This document shows positions 41,701 to 54,000 of a stretch of 64,000 nt of DNA, piece by piece (within the stretch, counting starts at the first letter, position 1; every line of letters begins with the position of its first letter). The notes beneath the pieces were generated by a model, which saw nothing but the letters and a program-made list of their open reading frames with translations, was not told the origin of the DNA and ran no database searches. Made by a program: the position numbers and the translations under genes. Source of the stretch: Lingula anatina (taxonomy: Eukaryota; Animalia; Brachiopoda); assembly GCA_051362555.1 (NCBI GenBank), contig CM120642.1:14942001-15006000 (forward strand). The letters run 5' to 3'.

Positions 41701-44700
41701 TACGGCACACCTGCACGGAAGAAGCGAAAAACGGTAACAATGCCGCATATACAAAGAGTATGTTGGATCGCCTTAAACTGCCCTATAAAGGTTAAATAAA
41801 GAAAGGTTGATATGAATTTGAAATAAATCATCAGTCGAAAGTTCTGAAAAAAGTATCTGAAAACCGCCCATGTTTTTGACACTTGTACAATATTCGGGGT
41901 ATCACTTGTATAATAAGAACACACAGGCGTGTTGATTGTAGAAGAACTTTACTCGACTATGGCACAATGGGTGTTCAAAGCCGAAATTGTAAATGTCAGA
42001 GACAGAAAAGTATAGTCTATCTTACCTTCACAAGAACCCCCTGTCGCAGGAGCGGAGTAACCTACTGGGCATGCGCAGGAATAGGTGTCATTGATAGATG
42101 AAGCACACACTCCTACTCCACATGGAATGTACGTGCAGTTAGTGTGTTCTGAAAATGCCAAGATGTGATTTGAAAATTTAAATGGTAGAAATTGTAATTC
42201 GTTTACTAAAATGAAACTAAACGACGGCGGATGAAAAGTGGAAGAGTATTTCAATTAAAAAAATAAAACTGCATGCAACGACAGGCTTCATAAACGATAA
42301 TTGCCGTTCGCTGTGACAAGCATTAGAAGAAGGAGAACAAATGCCCGAATTAACTACTCGAGCCAAGAAAAGAGTACCCAAACATAAAATTAGTCACAGC
42401 GTCGTACCACACGAACAATTCGACCGGCTTCCATTTGGGTGTCTGGCTGTATAGATACCAGTTTTTTTTCAACCCTAGACTAGTATTTTGAATGAGGTGG
42501 AAGATCCCGAAAACGGCACGTTAGAGCTTTCATAAATTCCTAGTCGTATAAGAGTGATATTTTTCCCCTTCGTACTCGTGGCTACTGATTTTATGTTGGG
42601 AATCGTAATTCGTGGCTCGTGTCGTTAATTTGGGCATTTGAGCTCACAAATTTGAGGCTCGAGTTTTCAAACACCGAAATCGTTTATAAGGCCTAAAATA
42701 CAAACCAACTATTAATATCTGGAGTGCATTGTCAATTATGATGTAGACGATCAAAGTAAATGATATATTTTCAGTTTTTAGAGCCTTCTTTATTTTTCGT
42801 TTATTTTGCCAACATGAAAGTTGCGTGAGTCAATTTATGTGAAAATCGTCCTCTTACAATAACAATACCGTACCTACACATGTCGTTCCGTTAAAGTAAT
42901 AGCCACTGGGACAAGTACAGTTGTAGGAGGGACCGCCTTCAGTGGTGCAGGTCCCAACCCCGCAGGGACTGGTGGCAATACAAACATCTATATCTGGATA
43001 CAAAAATAGCAGTGAAAGATGAAATGACATTTACAAAAAATTGTACTGGATTCTTGCTCAAATACTTACAAAATGTGCAAGAAGAATAGATTACAATAAA
43101 TGCGTCGCGTAACCTAGCTTTTCTGGCTCATCAGTAGTGTTACAGCCGAAGTCACATGACAGAAACATTTATTAGAAAAGTTCACAGGTGATTTAAGTCT
43201 TTACAATTGATTCAATAAGAATGCGTGATTTTTATATACTTGCGGGTACTTACAGGTGTGTGTGTGTGTGTGTGTGTGTACGTGTGTTTTATGTGCGTGC
43301 GCGGCTGTATGGCGTGCAAAGGTTACCTTCATAAGTTGTAAGACTGAATCCTTTTGCACCCCCGGCCCAACCACGAAACAGAACCAACGCTGGCTCCCCT
43401 ACAGAACCCGTCGTCAACTTTAATGTGTCATACTCCATACCACAGAATCTAAAACGAAGCCAGGTGTAAGACAAAAGAAATTGAGGACATACACAAAGAA
43501 AGATCGACAGGCCGGCGGGAAAACTTGTTTTGTATATCTGTTTTATACATTCATATATAAAATTAATACATATATCCATCAATACTTATTGGGAAGAACA
43601 GGGCAAGATTTCGCGATAGTCGGTATGACAACAAATTAGGATTTAAATTGGTTTTACATTACCTCTTGCAAGTGCGGACATTCAATTCCCCGCTAATAAA
43701 AATACAGTTCTGCTTTTGAACATCTCCGCCCCATACTATTGCGATTTGTGTTAAAAGTTTTGTGTCATAAATCTGACAATTCATGTTGCCTCATGTTTCA
43801 GTTTTCCAGAATAAACTGTGGTACTTACCTGGACCCGGTAAAGGCAATTCCTTGGTACCTTATCTCCAGGTAGTCTCTACAGGCATAGTAAGTCCACAAC
43901 TGGAACCCATACTCAGGACCAATGCTGACCACCACCTTCCCGCCGACAGTACTCTGGACACAAAAATGTCTTCGATTAATTCGTTTCGGGTGGAATTTAC
44001 GTGTGAAGAATTATTTTCTTTTTATTCATTTTATCAATGTAAGATTCTGATTTACCGTAAGAGGGGCTCCAAACGCATCAAATTCATCCTTATTGAACTG
44101 AGGTAATTAACGGTTCATCTCCAAAAATAATCGTTTTTGCTTGATTTTAATTTTGTCCCTTTATGTACTCTTCTTAACAGCGACTGTTCGTGTTTGCTTG
44201 CTTGTTTGCTTGCATGCTTGTAACTCACTGGTCTCAAAAGCCACTGACATTTGGTTCCACCCTCATAGATATTGGGATAGTTCGGAGACGTTATAATAAT
44301 CGGGGTTGTTGTCACTGAAATTTCGGCGTGGCAGTTGTGTGTACCTAAAATCAAGACATTTAATTTACATATTTAATATGATACATTTTTGGTATTTTGT
44401 TTTGATTAATGGCTTACAATACATTGTCAGCAGTTAACAAATGTGCCTATCGCGAACTCGATTCTACGTCGATATTGACGTGTACACGCCGTACGCGTTC
44501 CTTCCCTATCGACGTTTTTAAACATTTTTAAAAATGTTTGGAACACGTTTGCTTCATCGTCGTTCATATTAGTGTCGTAATTCTAGAGATGAAAGCCATT
44601 TGCTTAAATTTGTTGAATTTAAAAACCTAATTCACTTTGTTCTGTCTCCGTAAATGTTTGAAAACCTTGCAGACATACATTAAGCGTACATGAAAAATGG

Positions 44701-47700
44701 TATTTTAGGAAATTTGATAATTTCCTTCAAGTCGCCAAGGTAAGCCCCGTTCACCTTAATTCATGTCCATTCACGTCACAGATGAATTATTGCAGTGACA
44801 ACGAATTCTGGCAGCTATTTTAAAACTTGGTAATGAAGGGAAATGTGAAACATGTAGGGTAGTATATTGAATTTCAAAATTTAAAGCTCTAACGGCTACC
44901 GTACGCCTTTAGGTCTACATGTCTATCCTCATTAATGTGTCAGGTAAAAAACTTTATGTAGCAGATTAAATATTAATTTACTAGTCTACACATTACAATT
45001 TTATTTTCTTAATGATAATTCTAAAGGAGGAGAAAAAATAAGACAAAAATAGATACTTGGTTCCACCTTGGAGCAGTCCCCTGTCAGCCCCTCTGGGCAC
45101 CTGCAGGAAGAGCAGTTCTTTGGATCCGGATATCCTTCATTATAACACGTTGTTGAATATGATTCGCAAATCACTGGAATAAGATCGAAGTGAAATGCAA
45201 TTAAAGAAGAAATGGATGTTTATAACAACACAGAAGAACTGTAAAAAAGGTAATCAATCATAAAACGAGCAGGGGGAAAGGATCAGCGAAGAAGATCTGG
45301 GATGAAATCCGTGGCAGATCCATGATACCATGGATGCGAAAGCGGGTTTGATCTGCCCCTACTTCCAAACCGATACAGCAAGTTAAACACGCAATATTAC
45401 AATATAATAATACTTACAGCCGCAATACTGTATGTTAGCAGCCTTGATGTCAGCAAAGGACAGAGCGGATTGCCACGACATGGCAAACTGATACCGAGGC
45501 TCTTTGGCGATTATGGTAAACTCTGTGTCCGCCAAACCACTCACTGGGAACGCCTGAAGGAAGATTTGACCAGGCAATTAAGAACACATATTATCAAATA
45601 AGAGAACAAATTGTAATTTTTTTAACGTATAATAAGTTAAAACTTTAAGGCAATATCTAAAGCAGTCCCGTCTTGAACATTTAGAATCTTGAAATTACAG
45701 AGAGGGTGTTTCGTATTAAAAAGCGTAGTTTATAAAGTGAAAGAAAAAACATACCCTGCTATTATAGTGCATATTTGATCCCAAATCGTATCTGACATTC
45801 ATCTTTGTGTCCGCCTGTTCAAAGTTATGGATTTTGCCCGGGTTTATGTTATCAAACTGAACAGTGACGTACTGGTCTCTGTCGGCGCGGGACTGCTCGT
45901 GCCAAAAAGCGAGGGCGTGGCCAAGCTCGTGAGTGACAGTACCAACCTTGAATGGAGATTAAAACGAAAATGAATGACGTCATTTTTCCGTAACTACATA
46001 GATCATTATACATATTAGTCAGGTAATAAGAATTATGGTCCTAGGAAGAAATACGTTCTACTATTTCAACTCTAAATACCATTTATATTTTATTTTAACT
46101 AAAATTTATAATAGGAAACCATTCTCGGTTAGTTCTGCATAATGCTAATGTAGTTTACTCACATCAAAGCAGCCGGTGTCAATGCTGATTTTCTGGGCAG
46201 TAAGATGGCTCCCAATATACGACGAACAACTAGGTAGACGAACAACAACAATGAGCAACAAAAAAATTTTCAAATCTACATTACAATTAACTTTTTACAC
46301 AATTTAGCAAACTGGCTCTGCATACTAAGCACAGCTGCAATCGAACCATTTTCCATTCTTAATTGAAAATATCAACAGAACAAAACCAGGATCCACCCCT
46401 AGAAGTCGCACTGAAATAAGATTTGTGATTGACTGATGTTTCAATGCACCCATTGCTGCCACGCATGGTATATTCCCATTTTGAAAAAAAAAAAATGACA
46501 TTGCTTGAGATGCTGTCAGTTACAAAAACGATGTCATTACTTATCTTTACCTATAAATGGATCGTTTTAATCTCGTCAATGACTCACACATATGGGTCAT
46601 ATTTGCCTAACTATTTTCTGTCACTTTTTGTAATTACCGTTAATTTCTTTCTACATGTATATCGGAGGGTATTACGGTATAAAAGAAAAAAAATAACGGG
46701 TCAAAATAATCAGAATTATATAACATAAGATGTGTGAATCTAGGATCCAAAATAAAGCATTTATATAAATAATAAATAAGTTTTAACACATTTTGAATCC
46801 TAAGGTAACACTAATGTTCATTCATTGTTTGCGGTTGCAAATTGTCTGGAATGACCCAGTTTCCCCAAGAAATAAATTTACCCTCCACTACGTTGGAACT
46901 TGAGGTACTTTCCAGCCAGCCAATTTTCACTGGTGTACTCAACAAACTCAAGGCACGTGTTTGACTCCCAGTGTGCAATGCCAGCTCGTATAGCGTTCTT
47001 CTCTGCTGTGCCTAAAAATTCAAATCGATGACATTTGAAGGTTAAAAGTCTTGCCGCTTTTTTTACGACCCAAATAAACACTGATGCGTGTATGAAATGC
47101 ACATACAACATGTCCTCGCACATGTACAGGCGTTGCAACATTTGGCAGCAATCAAATATGTATTAACCGCTTTGTTTAATAATTATCTACAAATTGTATT
47201 TGTACACACATGCCCATACTTATTTTTCAACAGAAATAATATATAATCGACAGACTTATGCACTAGCTGGCTATTTAACCAAGCAAATCAAATTTTTACT
47301 GGGATGCAGTAAGATTTTCTGCTGTTTTTAGATCGTCACTTTTATACATTAAATCATGCCAACCGCATAAACATTCAAAGTAACAAAACTTGCGCATAAA
47401 TATTCCGAATGCAGTTTTCTCACGCACAAAATGTACACTGTCAACCTAATAGATTTTACTTACTATAAGCCAAATGTTCAAAGACATACTTGATCGGCAA
47501 AGCCCAGTAAGTAGTGTAGGCGACTTTTCGTTTCTGTCGCGCTTTCTCTCTCCCAAGTGCTCTATATAGTAAGTCGTCTGCTTGTTCGGGGGTAACATAA
47601 ATGTCACTAATTGCATTGTTCTGTACACTGTCAGTGCATTCCTTGGTGGAGCATGGGAGAAAAAACAAAGAAAAAATAGGCAGGTAAGACAAACATACAT

Positions 47701-48937
47701 AAAAGATGATATGTTAGGCCGCAAAACCTAATACAGATAAACGCACGCGCGTACGTCTTAAATTCATACGCTAGTATTATAAGAATTGTGCAGTAAATAT
47801 TTGTAATTTCCAATTACATTTCAATTGAGGATTTAAGATAAACTACCTGTACAACTGCCCTTCCTCTCCTTCCTCGCCTTGCATTGGAAGCGATACATAG
47901 GCCACGGAGGGATGCAATCACCCGCTGGAAATTTCGTCTACCTATCCCATTATAGTCTTTCTGGTTCTTCCTGCCTGCTTCCATGTTGGGCTGTAACAAG
48001 CAAGGGGCATAAATATGGGGAAATAAATGTAAGATCCTCTTTCGTACACCACAAAATAGCTCTAGTTATGCCCTGAAGGATGAAAACATTTCTGATAAAA
48101 TTTGACGACAAGGCTGGCGGAAGGGTCTAGGATGAACTTTATTTTCCCAATAGACCAGATATTTCTTAATTAAGTGGAGAGGGTCCGGTGCCTTCTGGTC
48201 TTGTACACAATACCATGGAGTATATGGCTTTAATCAAACATATTTAGACCTACAATATAACAATGCATGAAAGAGGGTGTTTTATATTTTCTTCATTGGA
48301 ATTAACAGAAACTATTATTCCCGTAAAGATCAATTTCCAGTAAAATTTCAGCATCAGCATGGATTTTATAGACAAGAAGTGCTTTTCATGATAAATTTGG
48401 AATGATAATTTGATTTTTGTAAAATTAAACACACTTGCATGCACGAGGGATTAGACATTAAAAATCGCCCTTCGCATTGCCTTTCGATGTCACTTGTGAC
48501 TTACCGGTCCACCACCACCTGCTGCCGACACAGAAATGATACCATCAGCATTTTTCTCATGGCTTTTACTAGAATTTCCCCGTTGCTGCAACATAAATGA
48601 TATATTATATTAAAATTAATAAAGGGCCAACTATTTCGGGTTAGGCTATGGCGGTGCTACATGTACGTGTGTTCTGTTGGATCAAGTTTTGAACCGCTCA
48701 TATAACAGAAGGATAATAAAATCTGTACACAAAGGACGAAAAAAAAAACACGAAAGCAAGGTATTCCAATCAATGCACTAGGAAGTATATTTGTTGATTA
48801 TTATTATTATTATTATTATTATTATTTTGTTATCCACTTACCTCTCCACCGAACTCCCCGGCGTCTTGTGCCACCCCTGTTGTCACGGCAACCACCACCC
48901 AGGCCACCAGTAGGGTCAGTACGCGTGGTATATCCAT
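38795..48937 (-). CDS. ~1188-aa type I membrane protein: signal peptide-prodomain-astacin-EGF-CUB-7xEGF (4 Ca-binding)-ZP-furin site-Thr-rich-TM; 17 exons: 48937-48842, 48585-48505, 47990-47847, 47641-47464, 47011-46882, 46229-46163, 45946-45755, 45553-45418, 45173-45057, 44344-44229, 43953-43829, 43448-43327, 42993-42874, 42148-42026, 41565-41068, 40434-40318, 39999-38795
   Basis: Signal peptide MDIPRVLTLLVAWVVVAVTTG; RQKR maturation site; astacin motifs HWESNTCLEF, GCSSYIG, HELGHALAFWHEQSRADRD, SNMHY; astacin-type EGF CYNEGYPDPKNCSSCRCPEG; CUB ITSPNYPNIY..CQW, DYLEIR..FCG; DxDEC cbEGF repeats; ZP Cys pattern (VERCWA, GCP, FPMFR, FFCSVAAC); GKRKRR; TM. All 16 junctions are GT-AG and phase-compatible (3567 nt in total). 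Confidence 0.85.
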
Positions 48938-48985
48938 ACATACTTTGATACAACTATCGAAATTGGATTAATTTAGTAAGTTATG

Positions 48986-48988
<3 letters not shown>

Positions 48989-49051
<63 letters not shown>
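48989..49051. repeat. (TA)n(GA)n compound microsatellite just 5' of the astacin-ZP ATG
   Basis: Seen directly in the sequence. Confidence 0.9.
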
Positions 49052-51022
49052 CTTTTGTAGTTCAAAGACAAACTGACACAACAATTCACCCCCAGTACAG
49101 GGTTTTCTATTAAGAAACTTGATAATAATAAATAAGACACGAGGGTGAAAATGGCATGTGGATGTTTACACTGTTTTCAATACATACGTTAAATAATTAT
49201 TAAATACTCCAAAATTCGTCTTTGTCCGAGCAAACTTAGTAGAAAGTCTATGTAATGCCTTACACGGCCGATGCTAAACGGCCTGTGTACGAGTTGCAGT
49301 TATCACCTACTTTTTATTGGTTGTTATTGTCAACTCTTTTTTAAGGCTCGCGCGTGGAATCCTAATTGTACTATACACACCAAGTATGCCTACCTCACCG
49401 GATAAATATAACGTGTCAGGAAGCCTGAAACTATTTCCTTACTGCGACTACAAATGCATGTATCCAGACTTACCCACGTGTTTGTCCGATTCTCCATGTG
49501 AAGGGAGGCTATGAGGATGAGCAGTTGTTAGATTCATGACCTTGCACTTTAGTTCAGTGTCAAAGAATCTGACCTTCTACGTATCCCGGAATTCCCCAGT
49601 GATTAGAAGTTGGAATTCCACGATAAAGATTGTTCTCTTTTCCTCTCTTAGGTAGCTTAGCTCTAATTTACTCTTTAGATAAGTTGTGCGCTGTTTTATG
49701 TCGTTTTATTTAAACAAGACTCGAGATTTCAAGTTTACATAAGGTATGGACTCAAAGCCAAAGAACAATTGATTAATTTTTTCATTGAAAAAATATTCCG
49801 AAAATTCAAGAAATCGTCTCTTCATTTTCAAAAGATTGAAATCATTCTCCATTTTAAAATCAAATTTTTATATGCTTGCAATATATGGTGCATATATATT
49901 GCAAAGAAATTAGAATAAACCATTATTAATGTTATTATTATTATTATTAATATTCTACTCCGGTTAGTGGTAATATCAATCGTGAAGTTTGTTTCGCAAC
50001 CGAGATGAAGTGACAAGCAAAGATTTTTCTGTATTCATATTTGAAAAAATGGGGAAAATGGTCGTTTAAAGTGTTTGCACGCTGTATTGAAGTTTATAAT
50101 CAATAGGCAATATTTGAATAAGATATGTGATTTTTAGATATGGGTATAGTATGACTGGTGATGGTAGAATTCTCCCTGTGGTGGGTAGGATACAGGAAGA
50201 ATTTAGAACACTGGGAAAGATAGCTAGAAATCCATGACTCTTGTTGCCGTCTTGCTATGGCTATGAAATTAATTAATTCAGAACATCTGTCAATATTTAT
50301 ATCATCACTGTAAATCAAGTGTAAACTGCTATAATAAAAGTAATAAACATATATTAACTGGTTTATTCTATTTGTTTATTTTCATTCAAATGCCACAAAA
50401 ATTCAGTGTATTCACTTAAATAAACTGTGTCAGCATGACTTTTGTAAAAAAAACTTCTCAATATAAAAGGTTAAACGTTTGATTCACATGTCTAGAGTGG
50501 TTCAAGTACGACATCATGTTGTTATGACACAAGTAATGTTTTTGTATAATTACACTGACAATGATTAACACAAGGGGTCTTGATCAACTTTTTCCTGTTG
50601 ATATGACTCTCAAATCAGCCAATGTTCATTTTCGTTTGTTTATACAGACTTTTTAAAATGTCCAGGTCTGCAATTTATCTTAGATTGATGGGTAAATTAT
50701 TCCATTCTCTAGGTGCTGCAATTTTACACTGTATGCCACTAATCTTGCCATACAAGCTTTAGAAGGAAGGTGATCACCTGATCTAAGATTTCCATCTCAT
50801 TTAAATAAGAAGGTGCAAGTTTTTAAAATATTGCATGCACAAAAACAGATGAGATGTCACTTAATTTATTAAAACCATCTTTTCTAAGTTTCCTGGTATC
50901 TGCTTCACAATCGAAAGACAAAAGAATTGCGTTCTTTTCTTTTGTCAAGTGTAAGTTTAACCCAGCTCACCCTAAAAAAAAAAAAAAAAAATTGCCAATT
51001 TGATGTAGTCAGCACGATTCAT

Positions 51023-54000
51023 TTATTTGAGCTGTTGGTATATAACATTCAGCACGTTTCTCACTTTACAAGTACCGCCGTTCTGTTTTTCCACCACTTT
51101 CAAAGTCTGTCCTTCTTCCGTACCCACAGGCATTACAAGGCAGCCCCCAACCTTAAGTTGCTTGGTCAGCTGAAGGACAGAAAATTCTGGATATATAACA
51201 ATTACAAACTGGTATAGAAATAAATGCTAAAATTGTTCAAATTTCTATAAAAATGAATATGATGATAATTTTCACTGTTTCTTGCACATTTTTCACAGTC
51301 CTTATGATATAACAGTAAGATATCACTATAATCACAGTGATAACCTTAATGAAGTTGGGAATAACTTAACATATATTATACAACTGGCCGCACATGCATT
51401 TGTTGGCCATATTAAGTTAAAAGAAATCATTTTAATGCAAAATGGTGCTATAAACGTTCTTTTTATTCAGGTCGCAATGAGTTAATTTAGATATATAAAG
51501 AGAAGAAGCACCACTCGTAGCAATACTGAAGAATAATGGTATATCATAAAACAAATGCGTACTGCACTTGGTACTTCTGGTGCCGCCCCACCAACATGGA
51601 TGACGTCATAGGGGCCCAAGGCTTCGTGTCCATCTTTACCGTCGGCACACACCAGAACCAGGTGGTTGGTGTCCATTAATTCCCTGAGACGCGGATCTTT
51701 CTTCATGTTGGCTTCGGCAAACTTCACCAAACCCTCAACTATGTCAATCCCAACCGTGTACCCCGTTCTTCCTGCCTAAAACGATTGTAAAATATTGAAA
51801 TTAGATAACAGCTGCATGATGTCGGGGGAATATGTTACATTGCCAATAGTTGAAACTTTGAGCAAGCACCTTTTTAAATGACGCCATCAGTTAGAGTGGT
51901 CAGTTCGCCTACATACTTCTACATACATCATATTCAATAGGAACAATGTCTGACTTTTCATTGATTAAAATTTTCAAACAACCAGTAACGTTCAATAAAT
52001 GCTTTGACAGTGGCGGATTTAGACAAGAGGTCAGGGCTTTGATTTCTATTCCCTTCTTGAAACTATAATTTTGACTACCTGAATCAAGTTCTAAACCGTA
52101 TCAAATGGCACCGTTCGCCCTTAAAATACCAAAAAATTTCGGGGCCCTTAAGCGGGCTCCGAACCCCACGCCAAGTTGGGGGGGGGGATGGGAGCGTCGG
52201 CTTCGCATCTGCGTACCCCCTTTCAAATAGCCCTGGATCCGCCCCTGCTTGGATATAATTGATCTGGGCAAGCATCGATAGTGGTATTGATTCAACTTTG
52301 TTTTTATTCGGTATCAAATACAGGCTCGCAAGGGAAACATTATTGAGTAGATACCAATCCATTATTTAACCGACAAAAATCTGTTATGCGGCCTTGTAGC
52401 ACGATGCTGCTCCTTGACATAATCCTGTTTTGTAATAGTCCACATATTACTAACCATAATGGCCATGCAGGCCGTCAGGTATCCGCTCCCCATGCCGACA
52501 TCAAGGCAGCGAGCACCCTCCTGGAGACGATCCACCATCAGCTCTAGAGTGGCACCGTGCTGGAATATTAAATTAGTTTCTGTTGTCTCGTTCCCATTGG
52601 AAACATTATAAAAAATGACACTAAATCAAGTTTGGGAGAGCTATAATATTTTATTTCCATTTCGGAAAACTTGAGATGTAAAAAATTGTATTTTTATGAA
52701 AAACCACTAATGCGTTATAAATGACATTTTCAGTGATATGCCTCATTCTCGCATTGTTTAGTTAGATTAGTCCAATATATGGCGAAATATCATTTGGCTT
52801 AAAGCCATGTAGATCTATGCTAATAAAAATCCAATGTACTAGTATACACTGTAAAAATAGTGCTTAGCATTTAAATACATACAACATACGTTAAGCACCT
52901 ATACGCATTTAGAAATATGTGTAAAAGCTAAGCACGTATAGCTTTTCAAGCGTTTCACAGAAGAAAATGCTACACACGTTGGCAGTGTTACACGTTTAGC
53001 TATGTGCTTAGCTTCACCGGTATATGGATCTATAATAAGTCTATCACAAGCTAAGCACATTGGCTAGGCACTTCCCCTGCTAAGCGCGTGAGGCTGCTAA
53101 ACATATGGAGCTGCTATAGGTGTGGAATTCCTAAACGCGTGGAGCTGCTGAACAATACCCTCTATCAAGGCCGCAGTTCTTGGGGACATTTTTTGCTGAG
53201 GCGACATCAGACCAAATTGACTATCTATTTATCTAGAGACATATCCGTGAAAAATCAATCTGTCGCCCTGGTAGAGGGTAGCTGAACAACAAGTTTAGCT
53301 TTTCAAGCTTCTTTCAGAAGAAATAAAAATGTTTAACATTCTTAGAAGTGTCGCACTTTTAGCTATGTGATTAGTTTCACCGGTCCCATAAGTTTATTAC
53401 AAGGCTCAACAATTTGGCTTAACACTTCACCTTGTAAACCTGTGTAGCTGTGGAAGGCGTGGAGCAGTCTGCTCGAACGCTTGGTGTCCTTCCTTGCAGT
53501 ACGAGTGCTTATTTAAAATACGCCTATTAAAGATGCATACAAAGTCAATTTTTGCTCAAAAACCAACCAAATACCAGCATATAGTTTCAAAAAGTATAAT
53601 TAAGGAAATTGCCAGAAGGCATTGATTAATATTACCCGAAAAATAATATTTGAATGGATTTTTCTGTTAGCTTACTATCCTGTATATACATGGGGCAGAA
53701 AAGTAGGTCACATAAGTGGGTTAAATTTCTGACCAAAAATTAAAAGAGCAATCTAAAGCTCTTTTATGGCTGATCGAGTGATTTATTCAGTTTGTCCCTT
53801 GGCATGTCGACTTTATTTGAGTCGTATAAGAATCTAGTAGAGGTGGTTTATATGTGTTACTGGCAACCCACGCTCCACCGATGCTCGATTCATATGTACC
53901 TTTAAGTAATAATCCAAATAACAAATAACGTTTTCACGACGTTATCAGATGGTTACATGCTGGTAATGGTATAGAAGAACATTATGGTAACGTTATGGGT

